A model generated the notes under the pieces. That model did no database searches. It was not told the origin of the DNA and saw nothing but the letters and a program-made list of their open reading frames with translations. Both the position numbers and the translations under genes were made by a program. A stretch of DNA of 64,000 bases, taken from NCBI GenBank assembly GCA_963666985.2, contig CAXXIA010000001.1, positions 640,001 through 704,000 on the forward strand. The letters run 5' to 3'. This document shows positions 19,393 to 29,395 of the stretch, in pieces (positions within the stretch are counted from its first letter, which is position 1; every line of letters starts with the position of its first letter). The DNA is from Spirochaetia bacterium (lineage in GTDB: Bacteria; Spirochaetota; Spirochaetia; DSM-2461).

Positions 19393-21192
19393 TTATTCTC
19401 CTACGCCGACGGTTTCACCGGCTTTAATTTTCCAAGCTATCGATTGCCGGTATTCATCCCACATGGTTTGATAGATGCCGTTTTTCGCCAGCAATTCGTC
19501 GTGGGTGCCTTCTTCGGCTATCCGGCCTTTGTCGATAACCAGAATCCTGTCGGCGTTCCGTACGCTCGTAAGGCGGTGGGCAATCATCAGAGTGGTTTTC
19601 CCTCGGCTGACCTCGTGAAGCGCTTTCTGTATCAGATGTTCGTTTTCCGGGTCGGCAAAGGCGGTGGCTTCATCGAGAAGTATAATGGGTGCGTTTTTTA
19701 CAATGGCTCGGGCCAAGGCGATTCTTTGCTGTTCACCGCCGGAGAGGTATGTTCCTTTTGTACCGATAACAGTCTCCAATCCGTTCGGCAGATTCTCGAT
19801 GATTTCCTTTGATTGGGAGGAGTCTATGGCATTCTCCAAGGCTTCTTCGCTCACTCCGTGTTTCCCGAAAATAATGTTTTCGCGAAGTGTGTCTTTAAAA
19901 AGCCGTGTTGTCTGGAATACGAAGGAAATTTTTTCCATCAGTGTTTTCTTGGGGATGTCTTTTACATTAACCCCGCCCACAAGGATTTCACCTTCATCGG
20001 CGTCCCAAAAGCGGGCGGCCAAACGGGCGATTGTGGTTTTCCCTCCGCCGGAGGCGCCGACAAGGGCAATGGTTTCCCCTTCACGGAGTTGAAAGCTTAT
20101 CCCGTCCAGGGCCCGCTGTTCGCTTCCTTCATAAGAGAAAACGACATTCCGGAACTCCAGACTGTTTGTCGGAATCGGCTGAGCTTCGCCGGTTTCCCGC
20201 AGGTCGGGGTAATGAATCAGATTGTCGATTCGGTCGATGGCTTGCCCTGCGATCATGGTGTTTTGCTTGAAATACATGGATCTCATCAGCAGCATGGAAA
20301 AAATGGGAGATATCAGCAGATAGAAAACAAAGTCCGCAATAACCTGAGGGATATTGCCTCCTCGTCCTATCAGGAGAAGGGCCAGAGGCGTCAGAAAGAA
20401 GGCGGTCGCTTCCATTATAACCGTATAGAACGACATGGGAGTTCGCCATAGAAGCGTGTAGGCATGAACCATGTCTTTGTAGCGGAGAATACTGCCGTGA
20501 AAGCGTTTGAAGGAAAAAATGGATTGACCGAATGTTTTTACAACCGGAATCCCCCGAATATATTCCACCGATTCGGAGCTCATTTCTTCAAGCGAATCCA
20601 AATATCGTTTTTGGAATTCCATGCCTTTGGAGCTCATCATGAAACCCATGGTGAAAAAGCCGATAACGATCGGCACCAAGGAGGCCAGGCCCATTCTCCA
20701 TTCGACAACAAAAGTCAAAACAAGGAGAATAACCGGAGTCACTACGGTTCCGGCCATATCGGGAAGCTGATGAGCCAGAAACGTATGAGTTGTTCCGGCT
20801 CCGTCGTTAACGATTTTCCGGATTTTGCCGCTCGAATGCTTATCGAAAAAGCCCAGAGGCTTTGAGAGAATTTTTTCCATTCCCGCTTTCTGGAGCCCGA
20901 CTTCCACATGGAAGGCCGCCAAATGGGAACACATCAGGGCGCAGAAATATACGATGACTCCTCCCACGGAACAGGCGAAAGCGAGCCAGGCGTATAATCC
21001 CAATCCCGATATGCCGAAAGAACCCGGGGATGAGAGAATGATTCGTACGATATACCACACCATGACAAATGGAATGATATTCAGTGCCGCCGATAATCCC
21101 GATAAAATCAGGGCTAAAGGCAGTAACGTTTTCTTTTTGCCCATGTACGGCAAAAACCTCGATAGAATGAATGGCTTTTTTTGTTTCGGCAT
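19393..21192 (-). CDS. ABC transporter fused permease/ATPase (IrtA/YbtP-like)
   Basis: SHLAAF, FLAHQLPD, EYIRGIPVVKTF, GASGGGKT, LSGGEQQR, DEATAFADPENE. Start at MPKQK (21192) after GGAGG. Confidence 0.92.
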   Translation of the reverse strand: MPKQKKPFILSRFLPYMGKKKTLLPLALILSGLSAALNIIPFVMVWYIVRIILSSPGSFGISGLGLYAWLAFACSVGGVIVYFCALMCSHLAAFHVEVGLQKAGMEKILSKPLGFFDKHSSGKIRKIVNDGAGTTHTFLAHQLPDMAGTVVTPVILLVLTFVVEWRMGLASLVPIVIGFFTMGFMMSSKGMEFQKRYLDSLEEMSSESVEYIRGIPVVKTFGQSIFSFKRFHGSILRYKDMVHAYTLLWRTPMSFYTVIMEATAFFLTPLALLLIGRGGNIPQVIADFVFYLLISPIFSMLLMRSMYFKQNTMIAGQAIDRIDNLIHYPDLRETGEAQPIPTNSLEFRNVVFSYEGSEQRALDGISFQLREGETIALVGASGGGKTTIARLAARFWDADEGEILVGGVNVKDIPKKTLMEKISFVFQTTRLFKDTLRENIIFGKHGVSEEALENAIDSSQSKEIIENLPNGLETVIGTKGTYLSGGEQQRIALARAIVKNAPIILLDEATAFADPENEHLIQKALHEVSRGKTTLMIAHRLTSVRNADRILVIDKGRIAEEGTHDELLAKNGIYQTMWDEYRQSIAWKIKAGETVGVGE

Positions 21193-21318
21193 TGGCGAAA
21201 CCTCCCTAATGAAGAGTTGTGAAAAATGCAGTGAGTTCATCCGCATGAGAGAGCGGCGTGAGTTTTACCCCTATAAGTCTTTTAGTCTCGCATCGTTCAT
21301 AATTGGTGGATAATGAAA

Positions 21319-21332
21319 TTAGCGCGACCTAA
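21319..21332. promoter_or_regulatory. Putative metal-repressor (DtxR-family-like) operator
   Basis: TTAG-CGCGAC-CTAA palindrome in AT-rich DNA upstream of the ABC pair. Confidence 0.35.
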
Positions 21333-21596
21333 CAATGATAAAATAAAAGAATATAAATATAAAGACCTATAACCGGCTGTGCGATCCGGCAAGGATCTGT
21401 TTTTCGCGGGAGATTGACGGAATAAAGATTCCTAAAAGAGTCTGATATCGAGTGGCCGAAAGCTCCCGGGAAACCCTTTTGCGGGATTTCCGTTTAAGAA
21501 ATCGGTTGCCGATGCTTATACAATCGATTGTTGTAGCTAATTAATTGCATTCGCTTTAATCTGCCTTGACGAGAAACTTTTCTATTCGGAGGAATC

Positions 21597-22019
21597 GTGA
21601 AATCAATTACACCGGCTCCTTGCGGCGTTGTCTGTGAGTTATGCCTTGGGTATCAAAGATCCCGAAATCGGTGCGTCGGCTGTAATTCGGAGGGATATAA
21701 ACCGAATCATTGTACAATCTGCTCCATTAAATTCTGTGATGAAAAACCGACTCCGGAAACTTTATGCCTTGAATGCCCGAAATATCCTTGCCGGAGACTG
21801 AAAGATCTGGGAAAGAGATATTCAAAGAAATATGGAGAGGACATTACGGAGAATATGCACCTATTCCTTCATCAGGGTTTGGAAAAGTTCTCCGAGGAAA
21901 TCGTGCGAAAATGGTCGTGTTCCGAATGTGGAAATCTGTTGTCCGCACATCGCGCGATCTGTCTTTCCTGCGGAGCGCCGAATCCTTACTTTCCGGAAGA
22001 AATGAAAAAAAGTCCTTGA
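21597..22019 (+). CDS. Cysteine-rich DUF3795-like protein
   Basis: APCGVVCELC, CVGC, CSIKFC, CLECPKYPC and C-terminal CSECG/CLSCG; GGAGG RBS before GTG. Confidence 0.75.
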   Translation: MKSITPAPCGVVCELCLGYQRSRNRCVGCNSEGYKPNHCTICSIKFCDEKPTPETLCLECPKYPCRRLKDLGKRYSKKYGEDITENMHLFLHQGLEKFSEEIVRKWSCSECGNLLSAHRAICLSCGAPNPYFPEEMKKSP

Positions 22020-22275
22020 GGGGATTCGGCCGGAGAACACTGTCCGCGGGAGACATCCTGGAAGACGGTTGATGAAGAGCCGTTCAGGCTGCCGCCCTAA
22101 AGCCTGTATCGACCGCCGCGTTAATTAATACGAGCCGGCGGCGTTTTGCGGCCGAGGCGTGAAACGCACCGGATTGATGATCGCGGGGTACCCGCCGCAA
22201 TTTCGCGAAATCCGCCGCCGGGACGGACGCCCGGCTTGAGTTTCCCTCCGTTCGTATCCGAGGCGATTTCCGAGC

Positions 22276-24309
22276 TTATTTCCAGGGCATCTTCTCAAAA
22301 AATCCGGAAATATCTTCACCGTGTTCCACGGGCTTGTCCGCTTCCGTGTGTTCCATAAGCTCTTGGGGAATTTCTTCCAAGAAGGGCGAGGGAACGCAGG
22401 CGATTGTTTCAAGGCGGACCTTGCGGGTTCTGCAGGAAGAGATAAAGAGCTTTTTCCGGGCCCGCGTTATGGCCACATAAAACAGACGCCGCTCTTCTTC
22501 GAGTGATTTCGGATTTTCTTCCACGCTTTTGGCGTGGGGTATGATTCCCTCTTCCACGCCGGCCAGGAACACCACGTCGAATTCCAGGCCTTTGGATGCA
22601 TGAATGGTCATCAGGTTAACTTTACCCGCGTCCGATTCATCAAGTTCGTCGCGGGCATTAAGGGTGATTCGATTCAGCCATCGTGTCAGGGTGGGTTCCA
22701 GATTGTCCGGATTACTTTCCCAGCGGCGCAGGAATTCTCCGAAAGATTTAATGTTCTCGTAGCGCCATTTGGCGATTTTCTCGTTTTGATGGAATTCCTG
22801 TACGAGATGTCCCCAGTAATTCACGTCTTCAAGGAGTTCTTCGAAGGTTGCGGCAAGAGCGTTTTTTACATCGTCTTCAGACGGATTGAAAAGGTCGCGG
22901 TATTTTTCTACGAGATCCAAGAATTCGGCCAAACCCGAGCGCACCTTTTTGCTGATTGTGTCGTCTTCGCCCCAGACCAGGTCGCTGATGGCCGAATAAA
23001 GGGAACATTCTTTCTCCCGGCTGCGTTTTACCACGCGTTCGAGGGTGGATTTCCCAACACCGCGTCTCGGGGTGTTGATAATGCGCAGCAGGTTAACATC
23101 GTCATCAGGATTATCAATAACACGGAGATAGGCGATAACATCTTTGATTTCAGGCCGCTGGAAAAAGCTTGTTCCGCCGCTGACGGCATAGGGCAGATTG
23201 AACGATAAAAGGGCGTCCTCGATGCTTCGCGTCAGGGAGTTCGTACGGACGAGAATGCCGATCTGATCGTAGGAGATTCCTTCCGTGGCGCGAAGAGATC
23301 CGATGGTTTCCGCAATGAATTCTCCCTCTTCGGCGTCATCCTCGGGAGCGTTGAAGCGTATGGTCATCTCATCGTGTCCGTCGTGAGTCCAGAGTTCTTT
23401 GTCTTTGCGATTCGTATTGTTCGCGATAACCGCGTTGGCCGCCTTCAGAATGGTCCCGGTGGAACGGTAATTTCTCTCCAGTTTGATTTCTTTCAGTTCC
23501 GGGAAGTCTTTCTCGAAGCTCAGGATATTCGTATAGTCGGCGCCTCTCCAGGAGTAAATGGACTGATCGTCATCGCCCACGCAGCAGAGATTCCTGTGCG
23601 CGAAAGCCAGGTGTTTGACAAGAAGGTACTGAATCTGTGAGGTGTCCTGAAATTCGTCGACCATGATGTAGCGGTAGCGGGTACGGTAACCGGCCAGGAT
23701 TTCCGGTTCTTTTTCAAAGAGTTCAAGGGGGCGTATGATAAGATCGTCGAAATCAACGGCGTTATGCAGCATTAAAAGGTCATGATATTCATCGTAGAGC
23801 GGCTTATGAATATGCGTAACCGTGTCCCACGCTTTTCTCCTGGTCTTTATGTCACTGAAGAGAGCGGCCACCGCGTTGAGTTCCGAAGGTTCATGGTTGA
23901 GTTTCAGTTCCCGTGACGACTCTTTAAGACAGGCCAGCTTGTCGGACGAATCATAAATGGTGAAGTTCGGCCTGTAGCCGAGATGTTCCGCCTGCTCCCT
24001 TAAAATATGAACTCCGAAGGCATGAAATGTGGAAACGGTCAGGTTGGTGAGTTTTTGACCGGTGATGGCCTTTACCCGTTCCTCCATTTCTCTGGCGGCC
24101 TTGTTGGTGAAGGTGAGGGCGAGGATGGCCAGCTGCGGAATCCCCTGTTCGAGCATCTCGGCAATACGGGCCGTAACGACTCCCGTTTTGCCGCTGCCGG
24201 CGCCGGCGACGATGAGAAGAGGTCCGTCTATGGTTTCCACGGCCTCTCTCTGCTGAGGATTAAGCCGTTCTTTAACGGCTTCGAGATCTTCTGATTTGCG
24301 TTTAGACAT
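22276..24309 (-). CDS. UvrD/Rep/PcrA superfamily-1 DNA helicase
   Basis: AGAGSGKT, TFTNKAA, VDEFQD, VGDDDQSIY, NYRST, MTIHASKGLEF and EERRLFYVAITRA. Confidence 0.95.
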   Translation of the reverse strand: MSKRKSEDLEAVKERLNPQQREAVETIDGPLLIVAGAGSGKTGVVTARIAEMLEQGIPQLAILALTFTNKAAREMEERVKAITGQKLTNLTVSTFHAFGVHILREQAEHLGYRPNFTIYDSSDKLACLKESSRELKLNHEPSELNAVAALFSDIKTRRKAWDTVTHIHKPLYDEYHDLLMLHNAVDFDDLIIRPLELFEKEPEILAGYRTRYRYIMVDEFQDTSQIQYLLVKHLAFAHRNLCCVGDDDQSIYSWRGADYTNILSFEKDFPELKEIKLERNYRSTGTILKAANAVIANNTNRKDKELWTHDGHDEMTIRFNAPEDDAEEGEFIAETIGSLRATEGISYDQIGILVRTNSLTRSIEDALLSFNLPYAVSGGTSFFQRPEIKDVIAYLRVIDNPDDDVNLLRIINTPRRGVGKSTLERVVKRSREKECSLYSAISDLVWGEDDTISKKVRSGLAEFLDLVEKYRDLFNPSEDDVKNALAATFEELLEDVNYWGHLVQEFHQNEKIAKWRYENIKSFGEFLRRWESNPDNLEPTLTRWLNRITLNARDELDESDAGKVNLMTIHASKGLEFDVVFLAGVEEGIIPHAKSVEENPKSLEEERRLFYVAITRARKKLFISSCRTRKVRLETIACVPSPFLEEIPQELMEHTEADKPVEHGEDISGFFEKMPWK

Positions 24310-24775
24310 GTTTAATAAAGAGATCCAGTGCTTCGATACCCAAAAGGAAGATGGCCGATACGATTAAACCGGAAATACCGACGCCCACAAGAACGGCGAG
24401 CATGGTTTTCCGGCGGCTGAGTCCCAGAATCCAGGCACCCAGTGTTCCGGTCCAGGCGCCTGTTATCGGAAGAGGAATCCCGACGAAAACGGCGACTCCC
24501 CAGAATCCGAAGCGTTCGACTTTGGCGGTGAGCTTATGACGCGCCCGCTCAACGATTTTATCGAAAATACGGGCATAGAAACCCCACCTGTAGAGGAGTT
24601 TGTGAAGAGAGTCCAGAAAGATGTATACGATAGGCGCAACAAGGGCGTTAATGAAAACGCAGTACGGGTAGGCCGCGATCCAGCGGATTCCGTTTGCCAG
24701 CGCGTAAGGCAGTCCTCCGCGGAGTTCTGCGATGGGGAGGAGAGTCAGAATCGTCGTCCAAATCCATGTTTTCAT
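24302..24775 (-). CDS. COG2426 / small multi-drug export family membrane protein
   Basis: LPIAELRGGLP and FVGIPLPITGAWTG motifs; four hydrophobic segments. Confidence 0.85.
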   Translation of the reverse strand: MKTWIWTTILTLLPIAELRGGLPYALANGIRWIAAYPYCVFINALVAPIVYIFLDSLHKLLYRWGFYARIFDKIVERARHKLTAKVERFGFWGVAVFVGIPLPITGAWTGTLGAWILGLSRRKTMLAVLVGVGISGLIVSAIFLLGIEALDLFIKHV

Positions 24776-24810
24776 TCGGCTTTAAGGATGCATGCAGGAA
24801 CGGCCGGGGG

Positions 24811-25737
24811 TCAAGAGAGAGGGAATCGGAATCTGGCCAAATCCCGCAGAAGACGCCCCATGAGCAGAAACGAACCCGGATCGAGTGTTTCCACGGAGTC
24901 CTTCGGGGTGTGCTTGGCTCTCCACGAGTGAGGAAGGGATGAGCGGATCTGTTCCCGCTCTCGCGCGGGAGCTTCGGGGTCGGCTTCGGCGGGTGATTTT
25001 TTAAACTGCGATGCAAGCATGTCCGCTTCTTTTCGCGGTAGAAGAGACAGCTGCAGGGCCGGATACCCGCCGAGAAGAAGGCCGAGATCGTCGGAAAACA
25101 TCGGATTAACTCCGAAATCCCGGCCGCCGGTGAATCGCCGTAAAAACCCTTCCATTGCTTCATAAGAGCGTGAATCCGGTCCTTTGCCGGTCATGAGTCC
25201 CGCTTTTCGGACGCTGCGGCCCCAGATCGGCGTGTTTCCTATGCCGCACATGTCGCAAACAAAAAAAAGAATGTTTTTTGCCTGAAGGCGGCTCAAATGA
25301 CGGGCCAAATGCCAGGCGCCCTGATCGGTGGCTTTCATGTCGCCGGTCAGTTCTTCTTTATCGGTAAAGATAACTTGAGTTCTGTGATTCCACCCCAGCC
25401 GGCGAATATCTTCCCAGTGAGAAAGGATCTGAAATACGGCGGCGGCATTATCGTTCGCTCCGGGCGTGCCCGTCACTCTGTCGTAATGGGCCACCAGGGT
25501 TACCCTGTAGTATTCGCCGTCCAGCGAAGATGCGTTGGGTACGGGCAGTGCGATATGCTTTGCATTGCCGATGGGAATAATTTCGAAAGGAATGCGGCGG
25601 CGTTTCAGGGACGATTGAAGAATGGAAAAACGATCCGCGTCGGGGGCGCAGAAACATTTCAGTTCCGCGATGTCTCCGGAAGGGAGCGGCAGTGTGTTAA
25701 GCGGACAATCTCCGGAACTCATGCGGGAGTATAGCAT
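24811..25737 (-). CDS. M28-like Zn peptidase-family protein
   Basis: AHYD...PGANDNAAAV, FTDKEE, CDMCG, SDD and a C-terminal HTPKD. Confidence 0.8.
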   Translation of the reverse strand: MLYSRMSSGDCPLNTLPLPSGDIAELKCFCAPDADRFSILQSSLKRRRIPFEIIPIGNAKHIALPVPNASSLDGEYYRVTLVAHYDRVTGTPGANDNAAAVFQILSHWEDIRRLGWNHRTQVIFTDKEELTGDMKATDQGAWHLARHLSRLQAKNILFFVCDMCGIGNTPIWGRSVRKAGLMTGKGPDSRSYEAMEGFLRRFTGGRDFGVNPMFSDDLGLLLGGYPALQLSLLPRKEADMLASQFKKSPAEADPEAPAREREQIRSSLPHSWRAKHTPKDSVETLDPGSFLLMGRLLRDLARFRFPLS

Positions 25738-25780
25738 GGTTTATTGAGGAGGCGGGACATCAAATGGTTCTTATAAAGCC

Positions 25781-25808
25781 TTGACCCTCGTATCCAGTTC
25801 TCTATACT
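25781..25808 (+). promoter_or_regulatory. Sigma70-like promoter of gpmI
   Basis: TTGACC-N16-TATACT. Confidence 0.5.
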
Positions 25809-25905
25809 CAAAACCGGAAGATACGGTTAAATAAGCCTAACAAGGCGCGGCCAATGTAAAAAGCCGGCCTTGGCGGAATGAATAAACCGATAGGGATGGG
25901 AATAT

Positions 25906-27558
25906 ATGGTTGAAGCACTTAAGACGAACGCGTTTCGGGGAAAGCGAAAAGGACCGGTGGTGCTCTGCATCATGGACGGTGTCGGGTTCGGCGCATATGA
26001 AGAAGGCGATGCCGTAAAAGCGGCGCATACGGAATATTTCAAAGAGGCGCTTGAAAAGTGGCCCGGAACCAAATTGAAGGCGCACGGAACGGCGGTCGGC
26101 CTTCCTTCCGACGATGATATGGGAAATTCCGAGGTTGGACATAACGCCATGGGATGCGGACGCGTGTTCGCCCAAGGCGCCAAGCTCGTGAATAAATCCA
26201 TTGAGACGAAGGCCCTGTTCGAGGGGGCCACCTGGAAGAAATTGGTTTCCAATGTTAAATCTTCCGGCGGTTCGCTCCATTTTATCGGACTTCTTTCGGA
26301 CGGCAACGTTCATTCCCATATAAACCAGCTCAAGGCGCTCATCGAAGGCGCGAAGGCCTCGGGAGTCGGCAAAGTTCGTGTTCACGGATTGCTCGACGGA
26401 CGGGACGTCGGTGAAACAAGCGCTCTGGATTATTTTACGCCGTTCGAGGAATTCCTCGCCGGACTCTCGGACGGAAGTTTCGACGCACGCTTCGCTTCCG
26501 GAGGCGGCCGCATGAATATTACCATGGACCGCTATGACGCCGATTGGAGCATGGTGCATCGGGGATGGAAAACCCATGTTTTGGCCGAAGGGGATCTTTT
26601 TTCCAGCGCCACGGAGGCCATTACTTCACTTCGGGAAAAAACAGGCGCCATCGATCAGGATTTGCCCCCCTTTATCGTTGCCGGAAAAGACGGGAAGCCG
26701 GCCGGTCCCATCATCGACGGAGATTCGGTTATTCTCTTCAATTTCCGCGGCGACAGAGCCATTGAACTTTCCAAGGCCTTCGAAACCGGCGATGATTTCG
26801 ACAAGTTCGACCGCGTTCGTGTTCCGAAAGTCGAGTATGCCGGAATGATGGAGTATGACGGCGATGCGCATATTCCCTCACAGTATCTGGTTACTCCGCC
26901 GGCCATCGACAGAACCATGGCCGAATATCTTGTGGCTTCGGGCGTGAAACAGTATTCCATCAGCGAAACGCAGAAGTTCGGTCACGTTACGTATTTCTGG
27001 AACGGAAACCGCACCGGCTATTTCGATAAGAAGCTGGAAACCTATGTGGAAGTTCCATCGGACATTGTTCCCTTTGAACAACGGCCAGCGATGAAGTGCG
27101 CCGAGATTGCCGACAAGGTTATCGCAACGATCGCCTCCGGTGAGTATCAATTGATCAAACTGAATTTTCCCAACGGGGATATGGTGGGACACACGGGCGT
27201 CTATCAGGCCGTTCTGGCCTCCATGGAAATCATGGACCTTCAGATCGGACGCATTAAAGCGGCTGTGGAAAAGGCCGGAGGCATTCTGATTCTTACCGCG
27301 GACCACGGCAATTCGGATGATATGTTTGAAAGGAAGAAGGGACAGGTTGTCTACAAGGAGAACGGAAAGCCGAAGGCGAAAACGTCTCATTCCCTGAATC
27401 CTGTTCCTTTCCTCGTTTTCGATCCCTCCTATAACGGGGAATACTCAACAACGTTCAAGGAAGGGCTGGGAATCAGTTCGGTAACCGCCACCTGCATCAA
27501 CCTTTTGGGATATGAGGCTCCGGAGGATTATGACGAGGGGATTATAACGTTTAAATAA
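25906..27558 (+). CDS. gpmI: 2,3-bisphosphoglycerate-independent phosphoglycerate mutase
   Basis: MDGVG, MGNSEVGH, SDGNVHSH, LDGRD, FNFRGDRA, NGDMVGHTG and TADHGN motifs. Confidence 0.97.
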   Translation: MVEALKTNAFRGKRKGPVVLCIMDGVGFGAYEEGDAVKAAHTEYFKEALEKWPGTKLKAHGTAVGLPSDDDMGNSEVGHNAMGCGRVFAQGAKLVNKSIETKALFEGATWKKLVSNVKSSGGSLHFIGLLSDGNVHSHINQLKALIEGAKASGVGKVRVHGLLDGRDVGETSALDYFTPFEEFLAGLSDGSFDARFASGGGRMNITMDRYDADWSMVHRGWKTHVLAEGDLFSSATEAITSLREKTGAIDQDLPPFIVAGKDGKPAGPIIDGDSVILFNFRGDRAIELSKAFETGDDFDKFDRVRVPKVEYAGMMEYDGDAHIPSQYLVTPPAIDRTMAEYLVASGVKQYSISETQKFGHVTYFWNGNRTGYFDKKLETYVEVPSDIVPFEQRPAMKCAEIADKVIATIASGEYQLIKLNFPNGDMVGHTGVYQAVLASMEIMDLQIGRIKAAVEKAGGILILTADHGNSDDMFERKKGQVVYKENGKPKAKTSHSLNPVPFLVFDPSYNGEYSTTFKEGLGISSVTATCINLLGYEAPEDYDEGIITFK

Positions 27559-27579
27559 CGTATGGCGCCCCTTTCAGGG

Positions 27580-27608
27580 CTCGCCGAATCGTTTCTCGAT
27601 TCGGCGAG
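27580..27608. terminator. Hairpin between convergent gpmI and HEAT-repeat gene
   Basis: CTCGCCGAATCG-TTTCT-CGATTCGGCGAG, 12-bp perfect stem. Confidence 0.65.
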
Positions 27609-27621
27609 TGATTATACGTGT

Positions 27622-29367
27622 TTAAAGAAGGCTTTTCAGGCGGCGTTTGTCGGCGCCGGCCGCCTTTTCGATTGTTTGATCGAAGAGGGCATGTTTTTCT
27701 TCCGAGTTTAAAGGGGCCAAAAGAGCGCGGATGAGCTTCTTTTCATTCCTTCCGCCTTCTTTCAAACGAAGAGGAAGGGATGAGGCCCATCCGGAAGAGT
27801 CGGTCCAGGAAAGAAGTTTTTTCCTCGCCGATGAATCGACGATTTCCCAGGCCTTAAGAAAAGACTCTCCGGCACGCGGCCCGGCAAAAGCAGCCGCTTT
27901 CTTAAGGGATGCTGCTGATGTAATGCCCTCGGCAAGAAGTTTAACGGCGGCTCCGTCCGGACCATGCGCCAGTAAATCACCTTTGGCCGCATCGTTCAGA
28001 TATTCGGCATTCTCCAAAATACACCGTGCCGGTGCCGTGCCTCCCGCTTCGCGAATACCGGCCAGAATCGATTCTTTTTCATCTTCGGAAGGAGCGCCGG
28101 AAAGATATTCGGCCAGATAACTGCCGCCTCCCTCCGATGAAAGAACGGCCAATCCGCGGGCGGCCGACCTCCGAACCCGGTCAACCGGATCGCTCAGAAG
28201 AGAGGGCAGCCTTTCTATCGCTTGGGCCGGAGCCAGAACGGCGAGAGACGCGGCCGCCGAGCGGCGAATATCGGGATCTTCATGATCAATGGATTCGGCT
28301 ATTCTCGGCACCCAGTCGTTCCAGCCTCCGAGAGCGGCCATTGTATACAGAACCACGGTGATTCTTTCTTTATCGGGCGGCGGGAAGGCCAGCGTTACGC
28401 TTCGGCGGAAGTTGGCCTCATCCAATGGAAGACGGGAGAGTTCTTCGGCCAATTCTTCATAGGCGGTTTCGGAAAGCGGGAAAAGTTTTTTTTCGAGCTC
28501 TTCAATATCGCGCAGGGAAAGATCCTCCCTCGGCGTTTCCGGAGCGCGGGAACCGAGAATGCTGCGGACAAGATCGTCCCGTCCCGCGTGTCCCGCCAGC
28601 TTAACGGCCAATTCCTTACGGGAGGATTTGGCGGGTGAAAAATTTTCCAGATAATCCGCGACACCGTTCGATGCGGCGGCTTCAAGGATGGAAAGAGCTT
28701 CGGCGGTTCCCGATTCAAAGAGTCTGCCGAGCGTGCCCCATCTCTGCAGCGCCCTTGCCGCCCGGAAAGAGGCTTCTTTATTCTTCGAGAGAAGTAAAAC
28801 CTCGGCGCGCTCTTCATCGGAGCGCGTATTGCCTTCGAGCGCATCCAGGATGAGCATTCGCGAAAGGAGCGGAAGACCTTCGAAATCAACCGCATAGAGG
28901 TCGGCGAAAGAGACGGCCAAACGTTTCCCCGCCGCCGCTCTGACTCTGGAATCGGGATCTTCCCGGATAAGTTTAATCAGTTGGTTGTAAAGGCGTGTTC
29001 GATCCATCCCCGCCGCGGCAAAACGCGCCGAATCGGTTCGAATCAAGGCATTCGAATCGGTCAATCCTTTTTGGAGAAGCGTATTCTCGGCCGATCCCGC
29101 CGAGCTCCCCAAGAGAATGAGCCTGCAGATTCGGCGCTGTGCGCTGTTTCCGGATTCCGACATGCGGCGCAGATCGGATTCCGGAAGGCTGAACGCTTCG
29201 GTTAAGCGCCGGATTTTCATTGTATCGGGGAAATCTCCCGCATAAAGATTCAGCGCGTCAAATACGTTTTCCTTTCCCGCGCTTCGAAACAGAACTTTAA
29301 GCCTTAAAGCCGATTTCCGCCCTTCCAGGAGCTTCGCGATTTCCTTCGGAGTGACTGTTCGGGTCAT
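27622..29367 (-). CDS. HEAT-repeat protein
   Basis: Repeated D.d..VR.aAa.aL units (EDPDSRVRAAAG, EDPDIRRSAAASL, SDPVDRVRRSAARGL). Confidence 0.75.
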   Translation of the reverse strand: MTRTVTPKEIAKLLEGRKSALRLKVLFRSAGKENVFDALNLYAGDFPDTMKIRRLTEAFSLPESDLRRMSESGNSAQRRICRLILLGSSAGSAENTLLQKGLTDSNALIRTDSARFAAAGMDRTRLYNQLIKLIREDPDSRVRAAAGKRLAVSFADLYAVDFEGLPLLSRMLILDALEGNTRSDEERAEVLLLSKNKEASFRAARALQRWGTLGRLFESGTAEALSILEAAASNGVADYLENFSPAKSSRKELAVKLAGHAGRDDLVRSILGSRAPETPREDLSLRDIEELEKKLFPLSETAYEELAEELSRLPLDEANFRRSVTLAFPPPDKERITVVLYTMAALGGWNDWVPRIAESIDHEDPDIRRSAAASLAVLAPAQAIERLPSLLSDPVDRVRRSAARGLAVLSSEGGGSYLAEYLSGAPSEDEKESILAGIREAGGTAPARCILENAEYLNDAAKGDLLAHGPDGAAVKLLAEGITSAASLKKAAAFAGPRAGESFLKAWEIVDSSARKKLLSWTDSSGWASSLPLRLKEGGRNEKKLIRALLAPLNSEEKHALFDQTIEKAAGADKRRLKSLL

Positions 29368-29395
29368 GATTTCCCCTTTTCGCCGCCGCTGTTAA

